64,000 nt of DNA, from assembly GCA_965221165.1 (NCBI GenBank), contig CBDCRP010000002.1:672001-736000 (forward strand), written 5' to 3'. The position numbers and the translations under genes are program-made. The notes under the pieces were generated by a model, which saw only the letters and a list, made by a program, of their open reading frames with translations, did no database searches and was not told the DNA's origin. Below are positions 1 through 10,160 of the stretch, piece by piece (within the stretch, counting starts at the first letter, position 1; each line of letters starts with the position of its first letter). This DNA comes from a bacterium (GTDB lineage: Bacteria; UBA8248).

Positions 1-2
1 AC

Positions 3-95
3 ATCATCGTCCACGGCGAAATCGCATTCGAGGGCGAGAACACCGAGGCCCTCGCGGGCCACGAACTCGTGAAGAAATACTACCTCGGGGTGTGA
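3..95 (+). CDS. C-terminal end of branched-chain amino acid ABC ATP-binding protein (LivF-like), cut by window edge
   Basis: Reads IIVHGEIAFEGENTEALAGHELVKKYYLGV*, a typical LivF C-terminus. Confidence 0.7.
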   Translation: MIVHGEIAFEGENTEALAGHELVKKYYLGV

Positions 96-218
96 CCCGC
101 TAAGCCGCAACCGCACGTCCACAAACGAAAGCGTAGACCCCTCCCCCAACAAAACGCTTCTTGCCCCTCAGATGCAGACGGCAAGTGAGAACGACGTTTC
201 ATTCCCTCTCTTTTGGAC

Positions 219-655
219 TCAATACCCCAAATCCTTGGCGGGGGCGTCGGAGGCCACCTGTATCACGATGCCCTCGGTCTCATCGGGGTGCAAGAAGAGG
301 ATTTCATATCCCCGGGGCGTCTAGGCGCCCGAGCCGAAGCCATCGAGCAACCTCACGCCGCCCGCGACGAAGTGTTTGCCGGCCGCGCCCGTGTCGGGCG
401 TCGAGAGCGCGATGTGCGAGAGGCACGGGCCGCCGTTTCGCTCGAGCATCTTCGTATAGAGGTTCTCCGGATCGTAGGGCCGCATGATCTCGATTTCCAC
501 GTCGCCCATGCGCAGAAACGTGGCGTGCGCCCAGCCGGTGTCGCCACCTGCACCCGGTTCGGCTCACACCCGAGCTTTTCCTGAAACATTCTGGTGGTGC
601 GCTCCATGTCGTCCGTGATGAGGCCCACGTGATGAATCTTCTTGAACATGTTCAT
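219..655 (-). pseudogene. VOC/glyoxalase (methylmalonyl-CoA epimerase-like) protein, disrupted
   Basis: N-terminus KKIHHVGLITDDME; frameshift near 545; continues GDVEIEIMRP...GGPCLSHIAL; in-frame TAG at 321-323; then TPRGYEILFLHPDETEGIVIQV to TGA at 219. Confidence 0.7.
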
Positions 656-781
656 ACTCCTCGAATGATGACTGCTCGATGAAAGGTGTGTTGAGAAAAA
701 CTTATTTCCTACATGATTCCGGCATCAGAGACACGCGCGCCGCCGAATGTCAAAACTCCGCGACCTTGACCACATCGACTT

Positions 782-1033
782 TCCGGCCTCCTGGGGCCTG
801 CGGTCGGTTCGTTCATCTACTGGTACCTGAGGCAGTTGATGAGCGTGGAATTCGTAAAGTACCTGGCCATCTTCCAGTATTGGGAAGCGTGGGTGGGCGG
901 CATCTTCGTACTGATCGTGCTCTTCGTGCCCTCGGGCATTCTGGGCACCATCCGCAACATGACGCTCGAATACCGCGAGAAGAAATATCTGGCGAAAAGA
1001 GAGGCGGCCGAGGCGGCCGCCGACCCGGAATAG
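782..1033 (+). pseudogene. 3' remnant of branched-chain amino acid ABC permease (LivM-like)
   Basis: SGLLGPAVGSFIY...IFVLIVLFVPSGILG is the LivM C-terminus; in-frame TGA at 767-769 and no 5' part; directly upstream of livG/livF. Confidence 0.7.
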
Positions 1034-1045
1034 CGGAAAGACAAA

Positions 1046-1780
1046 ATGCCTATCCTGGAAACCAAAAGCCTGAGCAAGCATTTCGACGCCCTCGTCGCCG
1101 TGGACGCCGTGGATTATTCGGTCGAGGCCGGCGAGTTGCGCTCCATCATCGGCCCCAACGGCGCGGGCAAAACGACTTTCTTCAACATGATCGCGGGCGA
1201 GCTGATGCCTACGTCGGGACAGGTGCTCTTCGATGGAGTAGACGTATCGGAAGCCCCCGCCCATGAGCGCTCCCACTTAGGCATCGGCCGCACCTACCAG
1301 ATCACCAACATCTTCCCCAAGCTGAGCGTGCTGGAGAACATCCGCATCGCCGTGCAATCGCGCAAGATGACGTTCAACCTTTGGTCGACGATTGGAAGCC
1401 ACAAGGAGTTGATCGAAAGGGCGGACGAGATACTCGAACGCATCAACATGACGGAAAAACGCGGCGACCTCGCAGGCACGCTCGCGCACGGCGAGCAGCG
1501 CTACCTGGAAATCGGAATCGCACTCGCCACCGACCCCAAGCTGCTCCTGCTCGATGAGCCGACGGCGGGCATGAGCCCCGAGGAAACAATCCAGACGGGC
1601 GAGTTCATCAAGAGCTTGGCCGATCCGCTCACCATCGTGCTCGTGGAGCACGACATGGAGGTGGTGCTGGGCATTTCGGACAAAATCACCGTGCTCCACA
1701 ACGGCGCCTTTCTCGCCGAGGGCACGGTGGAGGAAGTTCGCGCGAACGCAGAAGTGCAGCGCGTATACCTGAGGGAATAA
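1046..1780 (+). CDS. livG: Branched-chain amino acid ABC transporter ATP-binding protein
   Basis: GPNGAGKTT, GIGRTYQ, LLLDEPTAG, VEHDM. Confidence 0.9.
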   Translation: MPILETKSLSKHFDALVAVDAVDYSVEAGELRSIIGPNGAGKTTFFNMIAGELMPTSGQVLFDGVDVSEAPAHERSHLGIGRTYQITNIFPKLSVLENIRIAVQSRKMTFNLWSTIGSHKELIERADEILERINMTEKRGDLAGTLAHGEQRYLEIGIALATDPKLLLLDEPTAGMSPEETIQTGEFIKSLADPLTIVLVEHDMEVVLGISDKITVLHNGAFLAEGTVEEVRANAEVQRVYLRE

Positions 1781-2484
1781 TGCTCGAAGTAGATTCCATC
1801 AACACGTTTTACGGATTAAGCCACGTGCTTCACGACTTGAGCCTCAAGGTGGGCGAAGGCGAGGCGGTGGCCTTCCTCGGCAGGAACGGGGCGGGCAAAT
1901 CCACCACCATGAAGACGGTCATGGGCCTTTTGACGCCCCAGAGCGGTAAAATCTCCATGGAGGGCCAGGACATCACCGAGGCCGAGGCGCATACCGTCTC
2001 GCTCGCGGGGATTTCATGGATTCCCGAGGATCGCCAGGTGTTCACCAACCTCACCGTTTATGAGAACCTCAAGATCAGCCGCATCCCCATCGACGGCGCC
2101 AAGAACCTCGACACGCATCTCGACTGGATTTTCTCCCTCTTCCCGCGTCTCAAGGAGCGCATCAACAACAAGGGGAACCAGTTGAGCGGCGGCGAGCAGC
2201 AGATGCTCACCATGGCGCGGGGACTCGGCACGGAGCCCAAGCTCATCATGGTGGACGAACCCACCGAGGGCCTGATGCCCGCCTACGTCGAAACCATCGA
2301 AAACGTGCTGATGGAAATTCAGAAAAAAGGCATCGCCATCCTGCTCGTGGAGCAGAACTTCCGCATGGCGCTCAACATCACCAGGCGCGCCTACCTGATA
2401 GAAAAAGGCATCATCCAGTGGGAAGGCGCTTCCGCCGACCTCCTCGAAGACCAGGAAACCCGCATGAGGTATCTGGGCGTCTAG
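1780..2484 (+). CDS. livF: Branched-chain amino acid ABC transporter ATP-binding protein
   Basis: [30 protein letters not shown]; TAATG overlap with livG. Confidence 0.9.
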   Translation: MLEVDSINTFYGLSHVLHDLSLKVGEGEAVAFLGRNGAGKSTTMKTVMGLLTPQSGKISMEGQDITEAEAHTVSLAGISWIPEDRQVFTNLTVYENLKISRIPIDGAKNLDTHLDWIFSLFPRLKERINNKGNQLSGGEQQMLTMARGLGTEPKLIMVDEPTEGLMPAYVETIENVLMEIQKKGIAILLVEQNFRMALNITRRAYLIEKGIIQWEGASADLLEDQETRMRYLGV

Positions 2485-2545
2485 CTTACACGCAGGAACA
2501 CCCCGCCGAATCTTCCGGTCTCGCGCTGACCAGAGAGGAGACGAT

Positions 2546-2971
2546 ATGGACCAGCGTCTCAGCATCGTCACCCTGAGCGTAGACGACCTTCCGCGTGCGC
2601 GCGCGTTCTACGAGGCGCTCGGCCGGCGTGTGGCGAGCGAGGAGCACGCCGATTCCATCGTCCGCTTCACGCTCAACGGAATCGGTTTCGCCCTCTATCC
2701 CCGCGCCAAACTCATCGAGGATATCGGGCCACAGGCCGGCAGCGGAGCAGCGAGCGGCGCGGTTACCCTGGCCTACAACGTTCGCGCGCGCGAGGACGTC
2801 GCCAAGGTGCTCGATGAAGCCGAACGCGCCGGCGGCGTCATCGTCAAACCTGCGCAGGATGTCTTCTGGGGCGGGCATTCGGGATACTTCCAGGATCCCG
2901 ACGGACACTTTTGGGAAGTCGCCTGGAACCCCTTCTCGCCGCTCGATGACGAGGGAAACTTCGCCTGGTAG
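2546..2971 (+). CDS. VOC family protein (glyoxalase)
   Basis: RLSIVTLSVDDL...QDVFWGGHSGYFQDPDGHFWEVAWNP; GGAG RBS. Confidence 0.9.
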   Translation: MDQRLSIVTLSVDDLPRARAFYEALGRRVASEEHADSIVRFTLNGIGFALYPRAKLIEDIGPQAGSGAASGAVTLAYNVRAREDVAKVLDEAERAGGVIVKPAQDVFWGGHSGYFQDPDGHFWEVAWNPFSPLDDEGNFAW

Positions 2972-3013
2972 CGGGTGGGGTCTAGCACGCTGGGAACCGC
3001 ATCCCGGCGAAGT

Positions 3014-3415
3014 CCCTACCCGTAGGGGGTCGCATATATGCGACCCCCCTTTTGTATGTTCACCCCTACGTCTTCATTTCAATTCACAGTGGCTTTTTGT
3101 AGGGGAGAACCTGTGTGTTCTCCCGTCTGCGTGGGCCGCAATGTATGCGGCCCCTACAAGCCCCGTCTCGTGAAGACTCGACCCGTAGGGACAGGACGCG
3201 ACCTGTGGGGCAGTCTCGAGATTTTCGGGCGGTCGCTGTTTTGCCGTAGGTGGCGACCCCTCCTCGGGGTCGCCGCACACATATATGCGCCCCTGCCTTT
3301 TGTCCGGGCAAGGCGCGGGCAGCATGTATGCTGCCCCTACGGTCGGTTGTGAACACGACTTTGCACGGGACGCACCCCTTCTCGGGGTCGTCCCACACAT
3401 GTATGCGGCCCCTAC
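3014..3415. repeat. Cluster of GTAG-type REP-like palindromes
   Basis: GTAGGGGGTCGCATATATGCGACCCCC (3022), GTAGGGGAGAACCTGTGTGTTCTCCC (3099), GGGCCGCAATGTATGCGGCCCCTAC (3133), GGGCAGCATGTATGCTGCCCCTAC (3317) and others; between convergent genes. Confidence 0.8.
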
Positions 3416-3473
3416 GGGGGGCGGATTCCCCCCTCCCCGCGACAATCGCTCCTTCCTCAGTCGCGATTGACCC

Positions 3474-4814
3474 TCACCGTTCATCGACGAGGCGTCGCGC
3501 CTTCACGTCGCGCATCGGGTCGTGAATCACGCCCGGGGCCACGAATTCGAGAACCGGTCTTATCATCACCGCTCCCCGCACCCGCTCCGGCAAGGACGCG
3601 CCGAGCCTCTCGCGCTCTGAATCCTCGGCTTCCAAACGGATGATCATCTCGTCCATCGAATCCGCGTCATCAGGCGCAGATTTGCGAATCCGGATCTGAA
3701 ACTCGCGAATCGCCCGCTCTTTCGCCAGGAGGTCGAAAACGATCTCGGGGTTCATCAGCATCCCGCGCACCTTGAGGAGATCGCCCGTCCTCCTCGGCAG
3801 GCGCACGATGCGCTCGCCCAGCCGCCCGCAATGCGGGCACGGCTCCCACCTGAGCGAAATGAGGTCTCCTATGAGATAGCGTAGAAACACCGTGCCCCTG
3901 CGGTGCAGGTGCGTGAGCGCTATCGCCCCCTCCTCGCCCTCGGTGACGCGCGCGCCCGTCTCGGGGTTCACCACTTCGAGCAGGTAGAGCTCGGGCACGA
4001 CGTTGTGCGGCATCGCATCGTTCGCGCACTGCACGAGGCCGCCCTGCATCTCCGTCGCCGCGTAGCGCACCCGCACCTGCGGGTCGCGCGCCCCGAAATA
4101 CCGCAAGTGATCCATATACTCCTCGCGCAGGGCGTCGCTCACCGCCTCGCCCGTGGTGAGCACCATGCGCGCGCGGGAGAGTTTGACGCCGCGCTCCCGC
4201 GCCCTCCTCAGAAACCGGCGGACGAAACTCGGCACCCCCCAGATGATGGTGGCCCCGGAATCGGCCACCACATCGAGGGCCTCATCGAGCGACCTTCGCA
4301 CGGGATACTCGGGATGCGAGCTGCCCGTCAGCGCGCTCACCACGGGAAGCCCCATGATTTCCGCCGAGCGCACGCAGCACAAAAACCCGCCCAAAGGCAT
4401 CGGCGAGAGCGGGTAGAGATTTGCGACGACGTCTCCGGCCCGCAGGCCTTCCGCCTCGTTGCAGACCCTCGCCTGGAGCATGATGTGGTACTGATCGTGC
4501 GTGGTGTTGAAAAAAGGCGAGGGCCGCCCACTCGTGGTGCCCGTGGTGTAGGCCACGTTCCACATCGTGCGCTCCTCGAAGGGAAGCTCGGGCAGCCAGG
4601 CGGGATCGAGGCTGAAATCCTCGGGCGCGGCCATGAAATCCTCTTTCCTCGTCAAGGGGATTTTCTGGAGATCGTCGAGTTCCTGTACCACATCGGGTAT
4701 CAGGTTCGCCTCCGCGAAGCGGCGCTTGTAGAACGGATGCGCGCGCCCGCACAGGGCGAGCATTCTTCGCAAGCGTTTTCTCCTCAGCTCGTGCAGCGCA
4801 TCTTGCTCGTTCAT
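3474..4814 (-). CDS. Phenylacetate-CoA ligase family (AMP-binding) protein
   Basis: HPFYKRRF, IPLTRKED, YTTGTTSGRP, RYLIGD, LLKVRG. Confidence 0.85.
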   Translation of the reverse strand: MNEQDALHELRRKRLRRMLALCGRAHPFYKRRFAEANLIPDVVQELDDLQKIPLTRKEDFMAAPEDFSLDPAWLPELPFEERTMWNVAYTTGTTSGRPSPFFNTTHDQYHIMLQARVCNEAEGLRAGDVVANLYPLSPMPLGGFLCCVRSAEIMGLPVVSALTGSSHPEYPVRRSLDEALDVVADSGATIIWGVPSFVRRFLRRARERGVKLSRARMVLTTGEAVSDALREEYMDHLRYFGARDPQVRVRYAATEMQGGLVQCANDAMPHNVVPELYLLEVVNPETGARVTEGEEGAIALTHLHRRGTVFLRYLIGDLISLRWEPCPHCGRLGERIVRLPRRTGDLLKVRGMLMNPEIVFDLLAKERAIREFQIRIRKSAPDDADSMDEMIIRLEAEDSERERLGASLPERVRGAVMIRPVLEFVAPGVIHDPMRDVKARRLVDER

Positions 4815-4835
4815 CGGGTATCCTCTCCTGCCCCT

Positions 4836-5237
4836 CTAAAAAATTCCGGCTTTCCTTTGCAGCGAACGCACGTATTTCACGATCAGGGCCACCTCCTCGG
4901 GCGCAACACCCGGCACGGGCGCCATGTCGCCGAACTTCCAGTGGTGGCTCTTCACCCCGCGCGTGACCGCCATGAAGAAAGCCGCGTCCCCGTGATGGGA
5001 GGGCTCATAAATCTTGTGCACCAGCGGCGGGCCGATTCGCGAACCCCCGGCCTCCGGCCCGTGGCAGCGCATGCAATTGCGCGCGAACAGCGATTTTCCC
5101 CGGTTGATTTGCGCCATGTTTTCAGATGCAGGCGGCGTCGCCGCTTCTCTTTTCGGCGGTTCGGGCCTTTTCGTCAACATCACGAGAACGGAAAATCCGA
5201 TTACGAGGAAAAGCCCCGCCGCCAACGCCCTGTTCAT
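4836..5237 (-). CDS. Membrane-anchored monoheme cytochrome c
   Basis: N-terminal TM helix, CMRCH, GPPLVHKIYEPSHH, HHWKFGDM; AGGAGGAG upstream of ATG 5237. Confidence 0.85.
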   Translation of the reverse strand: MNRALAAGLFLVIGFSVLVMLTKRPEPPKREAATPPASENMAQINRGKSLFARNCMRCHGPEAGGSRIGPPLVHKIYEPSHHGDAAFFMAVTRGVKSHHWKFGDMAPVPGVAPEEVALIVKYVRSLQRKAGIF

Positions 5238-5348
5238 AACCCGCAAACTCCTCCTGCGGAGCGTTTTCGCGTCTCGAATCACGCGCCCCGCCGCAACCAC
5301 CATCTCTCATGAAAGACGCAAAATACCCTCGAAAGCGGCTAAAACAGC

Positions 5349-6800
5349 TTAAGTGGATTCACGCGCCGATTTCAAATCCCGACCACCCATCAAACCGCGA
5401 ACATCCCCGCTCCGCGCCCACAGGAAAAACCAGCCGAGCAGGAGCGCGCCGCTCAGAATCTGCCCCCCGCTCACCGCCCACCAGACGCCGCCTGCGCCCA
5501 CGGCGAAGCCGAAGGAAAGGAGGTAGGCGGCGGGAAGCTGAATCCCCCAGCGGACGACGCCCTCCACCATCATGGGCGGTTTCGAGCGCGAAGCGCCCTG
5601 GAACGCGCCCGCCATCACCCGGCGGATAGACTCCATGAGCAGACCGGCGCACAGAATCCTGAGCGCCATGACGCCCGTGGCGTCGTCCTTCATGCCGAAG
5701 AACGAGACGACCTCCTGCGCCCAGGCGAACAAAATGAGGCTCACCGCCATCATCAAAATGGTGAGAGCGGCGACGGAGAGCCACACCGTGCGCGCCACGC
5801 GCTCGGGCTTCTCGGCCCCCAGATTCTGGCCCACCAGCGTGCGCACGGAGCTTTGAAGCCCGAAACTGGGCATCCGGGCGATCATCGTCACGCGGTTGCC
5901 GATGCTCCACGCCGCCAGGGCGCTCGGTCCGAACGGCGAGAGCATCCGCACCATGAGCACGAGGGCGCTGCGCTCGAGCAGGTTCTGCGCCATGGCGGGC
6001 CACGCGAGACGCACGACGCGGGATATCTCGGAAGCGCGCGGGCGCAAATCCGCCCACCCCAGGCTGAGCCTCGATTTGCCCTTCACGATGAAGGCCAGCA
6101 TCGTCGCGAAACCACCCAGCCTCCCCACGCCTATCCCTAAGAAGCTGCCCGCTATCCCCAGGGCGGGAATCGGACCCCAGCCGAACATGAAGAGGGGAAT
6201 GAAAATCAGCGTCAAGACGGTGGAGGCGACGACGCCCGCGATGGTGATGCCCGGTTCGCCCGTTCCCCTCAGAATCTGGCCGATGACGAACATCCCCTCC
6301 GCGGCGAGCAGCACGGCGAAGCCCGCCCGGATGTAGACGACGCCCAGGGCGGCCAGTTTCGGGTCGCGCGTCATGAGATCCATCATGAACGGGGCGAGTA
6401 AAATCCCCAGAAACGTGGCGATGAGGGAGAATACGCCGACCAGGAAGATGGTCTGCCCGGCCATGATCGAAGCGCCGCCTAAGTCGCCCGCGCCCACGCG
6501 CTGGGCCACGAGCGCCTGGCCTGCGATTCTCAAGCCGAAAGGCGCCGATCGGATGAACAACAAGGTGATGAATCCCAAAGACGCCGCCGCCAGAAAGTCG
6601 GGCCCCATCTGGCCGAGCCAGTAAATCTCAAAGATGCCGTCGAGATTGCGCAGGATGCGCTCGCCGCAAATGGGAACGGACAGACGCGTAATCGCCCAGC
6701 CGACCGAGCCCCGGGTGTAATCATATCCGCGCGTACTCTTGGAGTGACTCAGAAGGCGCACCTCGATGACAGTGGAGATACCGGGAAGCGACGCTTCCAT
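5349..6800 (-). CDS. MATE family efflux transporter
   Basis: Multi-TM; LVAQRVGAGD, LVGQNLGA, RLAWPAM; start uncertain. Confidence 0.85.
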   Translation of the reverse strand: MEASLPGISTVIEVRLLSHSKSTRGYDYTRGSVGWAITRLSVPICGERILRNLDGIFEIYWLGQMGPDFLAAASLGFITLLFIRSAPFGLRIAGQALVAQRVGAGDLGGASIMAGQTIFLVGVFSLIATFLGILLAPFMMDLMTRDPKLAALGVVYIRAGFAVLLAAEGMFVIGQILRGTGEPGITIAGVVASTVLTLIFIPLFMFGWGPIPALGIAGSFLGIGVGRLGGFATMLAFIVKGKSRLSLGWADLRPRASEISRVVRLAWPAMAQNLLERSALVLMVRMLSPFGPSALAAWSIGNRVTMIARMPSFGLQSSVRTLVGQNLGAEKPERVARTVWLSVAALTILMMAVSLILFAWAQEVVSFFGMKDDATGVMALRILCAGLLMESIRRVMAGAFQGASRSKPPMMVEGVVRWGIQLPAAYLLSFGFAVGAGGVWWAVSGGQILSGALLLGWFFLWARSGDVRGLMGGRDLKSAREST

Positions 6801-6845
6801 GATACGCTAGAAGCCCCTGATACGTTAAGCGAAAGAGAGGATTCG

Positions 6846-8114
6846 ATGCCGCACCCCGACTTCGCGCGCTGCGCGCGCCACGTCATCGCCGACGCCGTGC
6901 GCGAACTCTTATGCGAAATGGTGGACATCCCGAGTCCCACGGGCGGGGAGGCGGAGATGGCGCGCTATCTGGCCGACCACATGGGGCGCGCAGGTCTCGA
7001 CACCCGCCTGCAGGAGGTCGACCCCGGGAGGCCGAACGCCATAGGCGTGAAAGAGGGAGCGGGCGACGGCGTGAACCTCCTGTTCACCGGCCACATGGAC
7101 ACCTCTTATGACGGGGATGAGGATTACCTGACCGGCGAGGGTTTCAAGCCGAAGGCGGTACACCGCGACGGCTGGGTATGGGGTCTCGGCGCCAACAACA
7201 TGAAGAGCGGGCTTGCGGGCGCGCTGGCGGCGATCGAGGCCATCTGCCGCGAAGAGGTCGCCCTGCGCGGAGACCTCTCGCTGGCGGGGGTGGTGGGCGA
7301 GATAGAAAAAGCGCCGGTTGATGAATTCTCAGGCGCGTCCTTTTCCGGCTACGGGACGGGCACGCGCCACCTCATCTTACACGGCGCGACGGCGGATTGC
7401 GCGGTTCTGGCCGAGCCGACGGGGCTTAAGGTTTCGAATGCGAACATGGGCGTCGTGTGGGCGAAGATCACGGCCACGGGCACGATAAGCCACAGCGTGT
7501 TCTCGAACCGCCCGGGGGTCGTGAACGCCGTGCGCGCGGTCCACAGGATTCAAACCGCCGTCGAACGCTGGATACCCGATTACGAAGCGAGGCACTCCTG
7601 CATGGGCGAGCACCCCAACGTGACGATAGCCGCCGTCCGGGGCGGCCGGCCCTGGCGGCTCTCCAGAAACCCCGCCGAGGCGAGCCTGTATCTGGACATC
7701 CGCACCGTGCCGGGGCAAAACACCGAGGACATCAAGCGCGAACTGCGCGGCGTGCTCGATGAGGCGGCGGACGATGGCCCTCGGGCCGCGCTTGCGTTTT
7801 ACGTGAACGACCCGCCCACACTGCTCGATGAGGACGCCCCTCTCGTACAAGCGGCGCTTGCGGCGCACGAGGAAGTTACGGGAGAGGCTTCTGCGCCCAT
7901 CATCAGGAGGCCTGCGGCCGATTCCACGCACTTCAACCACTACGGCATCCCGTGCGTCTGCTATGGACCCGGCGGACGGATGCACCCCGAAGCCGAGAAG
8001 AAGGGGCTGATGCACGCCGTGGGCGAGCACGTGCTCGTCGAGGACGTGGTGGCCGCGGCCAGGGTCTACCTCGCCGCCGCGCTCACGATTTGCGGCGAGA
8101 AAGCTACTTCATAA
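6846..8114 (+). CDS. M20 family (ArgE/DapE-like) metallopeptidase/deacylase
   Basis: DIPSPTGGE, FTGHMDT, GLGANNMKSG, LAEPT, YGPG, HAVGEHV. Confidence 0.85.
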   Translation: MPHPDFARCARHVIADAVRELLCEMVDIPSPTGGEAEMARYLADHMGRAGLDTRLQEVDPGRPNAIGVKEGAGDGVNLLFTGHMDTSYDGDEDYLTGEGFKPKAVHRDGWVWGLGANNMKSGLAGALAAIEAICREEVALRGDLSLAGVVGEIEKAPVDEFSGASFSGYGTGTRHLILHGATADCAVLAEPTGLKVSNANMGVVWAKITATGTISHSVFSNRPGVVNAVRAVHRIQTAVERWIPDYEARHSCMGEHPNVTIAAVRGGRPWRLSRNPAEASLYLDIRTVPGQNTEDIKRELRGVLDEAADDGPRAALAFYVNDPPTLLDEDAPLVQAALAAHEEVTGEASAPIIRRPAADSTHFNHYGIPCVCYGPGGRMHPEAEKKGLMHAVGEHVLVEDVVAAARVYLAAALTICGEKATS

Positions 8115-8206
8115 AGCTCTGTAAAGTGAGGCATTACAAGAATACGAGAGAGAGGCAGCTCCCACCATATGGCGCGCCGGACGAATAAACAGATAAGGAA
8201 ATTTAT

Positions 8207-9382
8207 ATGGATTTCGAACTGAGTGAAGAACAAAAGAGCCTGCAGCTTCTCGCGCGGAAATTCGCGCAGGAGGAGATGCTGCCCGTCGTGGCGGAACTGG
8301 AAAAGAGACCCGACGGGGAGGACAAGTTCGCCTACGATCTGGTGAAGCGCGGCGCCGCGCTCGGTTTTCACTCCCTGGGCGTACCGAAGGCCCACGGCGG
8401 CGACGGGGCCGGCGTGCTCACCCAGTGCGTGGTGGTGGAGGAACTTTCCGTCGGCTCTCCCGCCGTCTCCAAGGTGTTCAGCCACAACTGGAAGGCGATA
8501 GCAGGCCTCATCGCCGTGGCGAGCGAAGAGCAACTCGCGCGGGTGATTCCCGATTATCTCGAAGACCCGCTCTATTGCATCGGCATCGCCGTCACGGAAC
8601 CCAACGCGGGCAGCGACAACGCGCTCCCCTTCGATGCCGACCCCGCCGCAGGTCCCGCCCTGAGCGCGGTGCGCGACGGAGATTCCTACGTCCTAAACGG
8701 GATGAAGCAGTTCATCGCCATGGGCGCGCAGGCGAAATACGTGACCGCCTTCGCCCGAACCGACAAGAGCGTCCCCTGGACGAAGGGCACGACGGGGTTC
8801 ATGCTCTTCCCGCCGCACGAGGGCTTCGAGGTCGGCAGACTGCACGAGAAGGTGGGGTTGAGGTGTTATCCCCAGCACGATCTCATCTTCCGGGACGTTC
8901 GGGTGCCGCTGGAAAACCGCCTGGGCGAGGAGGACAAATTTCAGGAAGGCAGAAAGAGCGTCGTCAACGTCGGCACCCTGGAGGCGACGTCCACGGCTTT
9001 GGGGATCGCCCAGCGGGCGTATGATCTGGCGGTGGGCTACGCGCGCGAGCGCGTGCAGGGCGGAAAACCCATTATCGAGCACGACCTCATCGGTTCGCTC
9101 CTGCTCGATATGTACACCCGCCTCGAAGCGGCGAGGACGCTGCTCTGGCGCGCCGCCTGGGGCATCGACCAGGGACTGAATGATCAGAAACTCGCGCGGG
9201 CGACGAAGGTGCTCACCGTCGAGACGCTGAATTACATGACCATGCGGACCGTGGAGATTTGGGGGGGCATGGGCGTGATGAAGGACGCGCCGGTCGAGAA
9301 AGCGCACCGCGACGCGATTCAGCTATTCCACATGGGCAACACGAACCAGGTGAACGTCTTAAAAGCCCTGCCCCACCTGTGA
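8207..9382 (+). CDS. Acyl-CoA dehydrogenase family protein
   Basis: MDFELSEEQ, AVTEPNAGSD, YVLNGMKQFI, YARERVQGGKPI, IWGGMG. Confidence 0.9.
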   Translation: MDFELSEEQKSLQLLARKFAQEEMLPVVAELEKRPDGEDKFAYDLVKRGAALGFHSLGVPKAHGGDGAGVLTQCVVVEELSVGSPAVSKVFSHNWKAIAGLIAVASEEQLARVIPDYLEDPLYCIGIAVTEPNAGSDNALPFDADPAAGPALSAVRDGDSYVLNGMKQFIAMGAQAKYVTAFARTDKSVPWTKGTTGFMLFPPHEGFEVGRLHEKVGLRCYPQHDLIFRDVRVPLENRLGEEDKFQEGRKSVVNVGTLEATSTALGIAQRAYDLAVGYARERVQGGKPIIEHDLIGSLLLDMYTRLEAARTLLWRAAWGIDQGLNDQKLARATKVLTVETLNYMTMRTVEIWGGMGVMKDAPVEKAHRDAIQLFHMGNTNQVNVLKALPHL

Positions 9383-9445
9383 GGAGGTGAAGAATCCCTC
9401 TGCGCGCCCTTGTCTTTCGCGTGGTTTTTGATGATCCTAACCAAT

Positions 9446-9630
9446 GTAGGGGACGAACCCCTCCTCGGGGTCGCCCCACACATACATGCGTCCCATGCCA
9501 TAAACGCCAAAGAGGCGCTCGACCATGAGGGCTGCCGAGGGAACCGGCCCGCATGAAGAAGCGCTCCCTTGATGAGAACTTCACGGGGAGTCGGCCCGTA
9601 TGAAAAGGGACGCATATATGCGTCCCCTAC
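9446..9630. repeat. GTAG REP-like inverted pair
   Basis: GTAGGGGACG... at 9446 and GGGACGCATATATGCGTCCCCTAC at 9607-9630. Confidence 0.7.
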
Positions 9631-9657
9631 AGGTAAACCCAGATGGGATGAAGGAGT

Positions 9658-10062
9658 ATGAAAATGACAGAGAAAACGGATGCGGAATGGCGCGAGCAAC
9701 TCACGCCGGAGCAATACCACGTCACCCGGGAGGCGGGAACCGAGCGCGCCTTCAGCGGGAAATACTGCGACTGCCATGAGGACGGGGTCTATACCTGCGT
9801 GTGCTGCGGGACGGAGCTTTTCGATGCGGGGACCAAGTTCGACTCGGGTACGGGCTGGCCGAGCTTTTATCAGCCGCTCAAGCCCGAGAACGTGGGCGAG
9901 AAGGAAGACAGATCGCTCTGGATGCGGCGCGTGGAGGTGGTGTGTTCGAACTGCGACGCGCATCTGGGCCACGTGTTCCCCGACGGCCCTGCGCCCACCG
10001 GCCTGCGCTACTGCATGAACTCGGCATCTTTGGACTTAAAACCGAAAGACGCTTCCGAATAG
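9658..10062 (+). CDS. msrB: Peptide-methionine (R)-S-oxide reductase
   Basis: [36 protein letters not shown]. Confidence 0.95.
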   Translation: MKMTEKTDAEWREQLTPEQYHVTREAGTERAFSGKYCDCHEDGVYTCVCCGTELFDAGTKFDSGTGWPSFYQPLKPENVGEKEDRSLWMRRVEVVCSNCDAHLGHVFPDGPAPTGLRYCMNSASLDLKPKDASE

Positions 10063-10160
10063 AATTCATGGGGGCATGGAGGGGCGAGTCTCGCCTCATG
10101 TGACGCCCCCTACGCAGTAATTCATGAACATTTTTTATGAAATGACAGGAGTGTATATTT

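Noticed and set aside
321-323. Pyrrolysine or recoded TAG in the VOC gene
   Set aside because: Single case in a gene that also has a frameshift; TAG is a normal stop in many genes here; no pyl genes in the window
3038-3525. Short ORFs across the REP cluster
   Set aside because: Translations of palindromic repeats (VGAAY/AAPT patterns)
3903-5312. Long antisense ORFs (also 13339-14436, 17077-18591, 59975-60943, 61468-62424)
   Set aside because: Shadow frames of well-supported genes in GC-rich DNA; no motifs
9658-10062. Selenocysteine MsrB
   Set aside because: Catalytic residue is Cys (RYCMNS); no in-frame TGA
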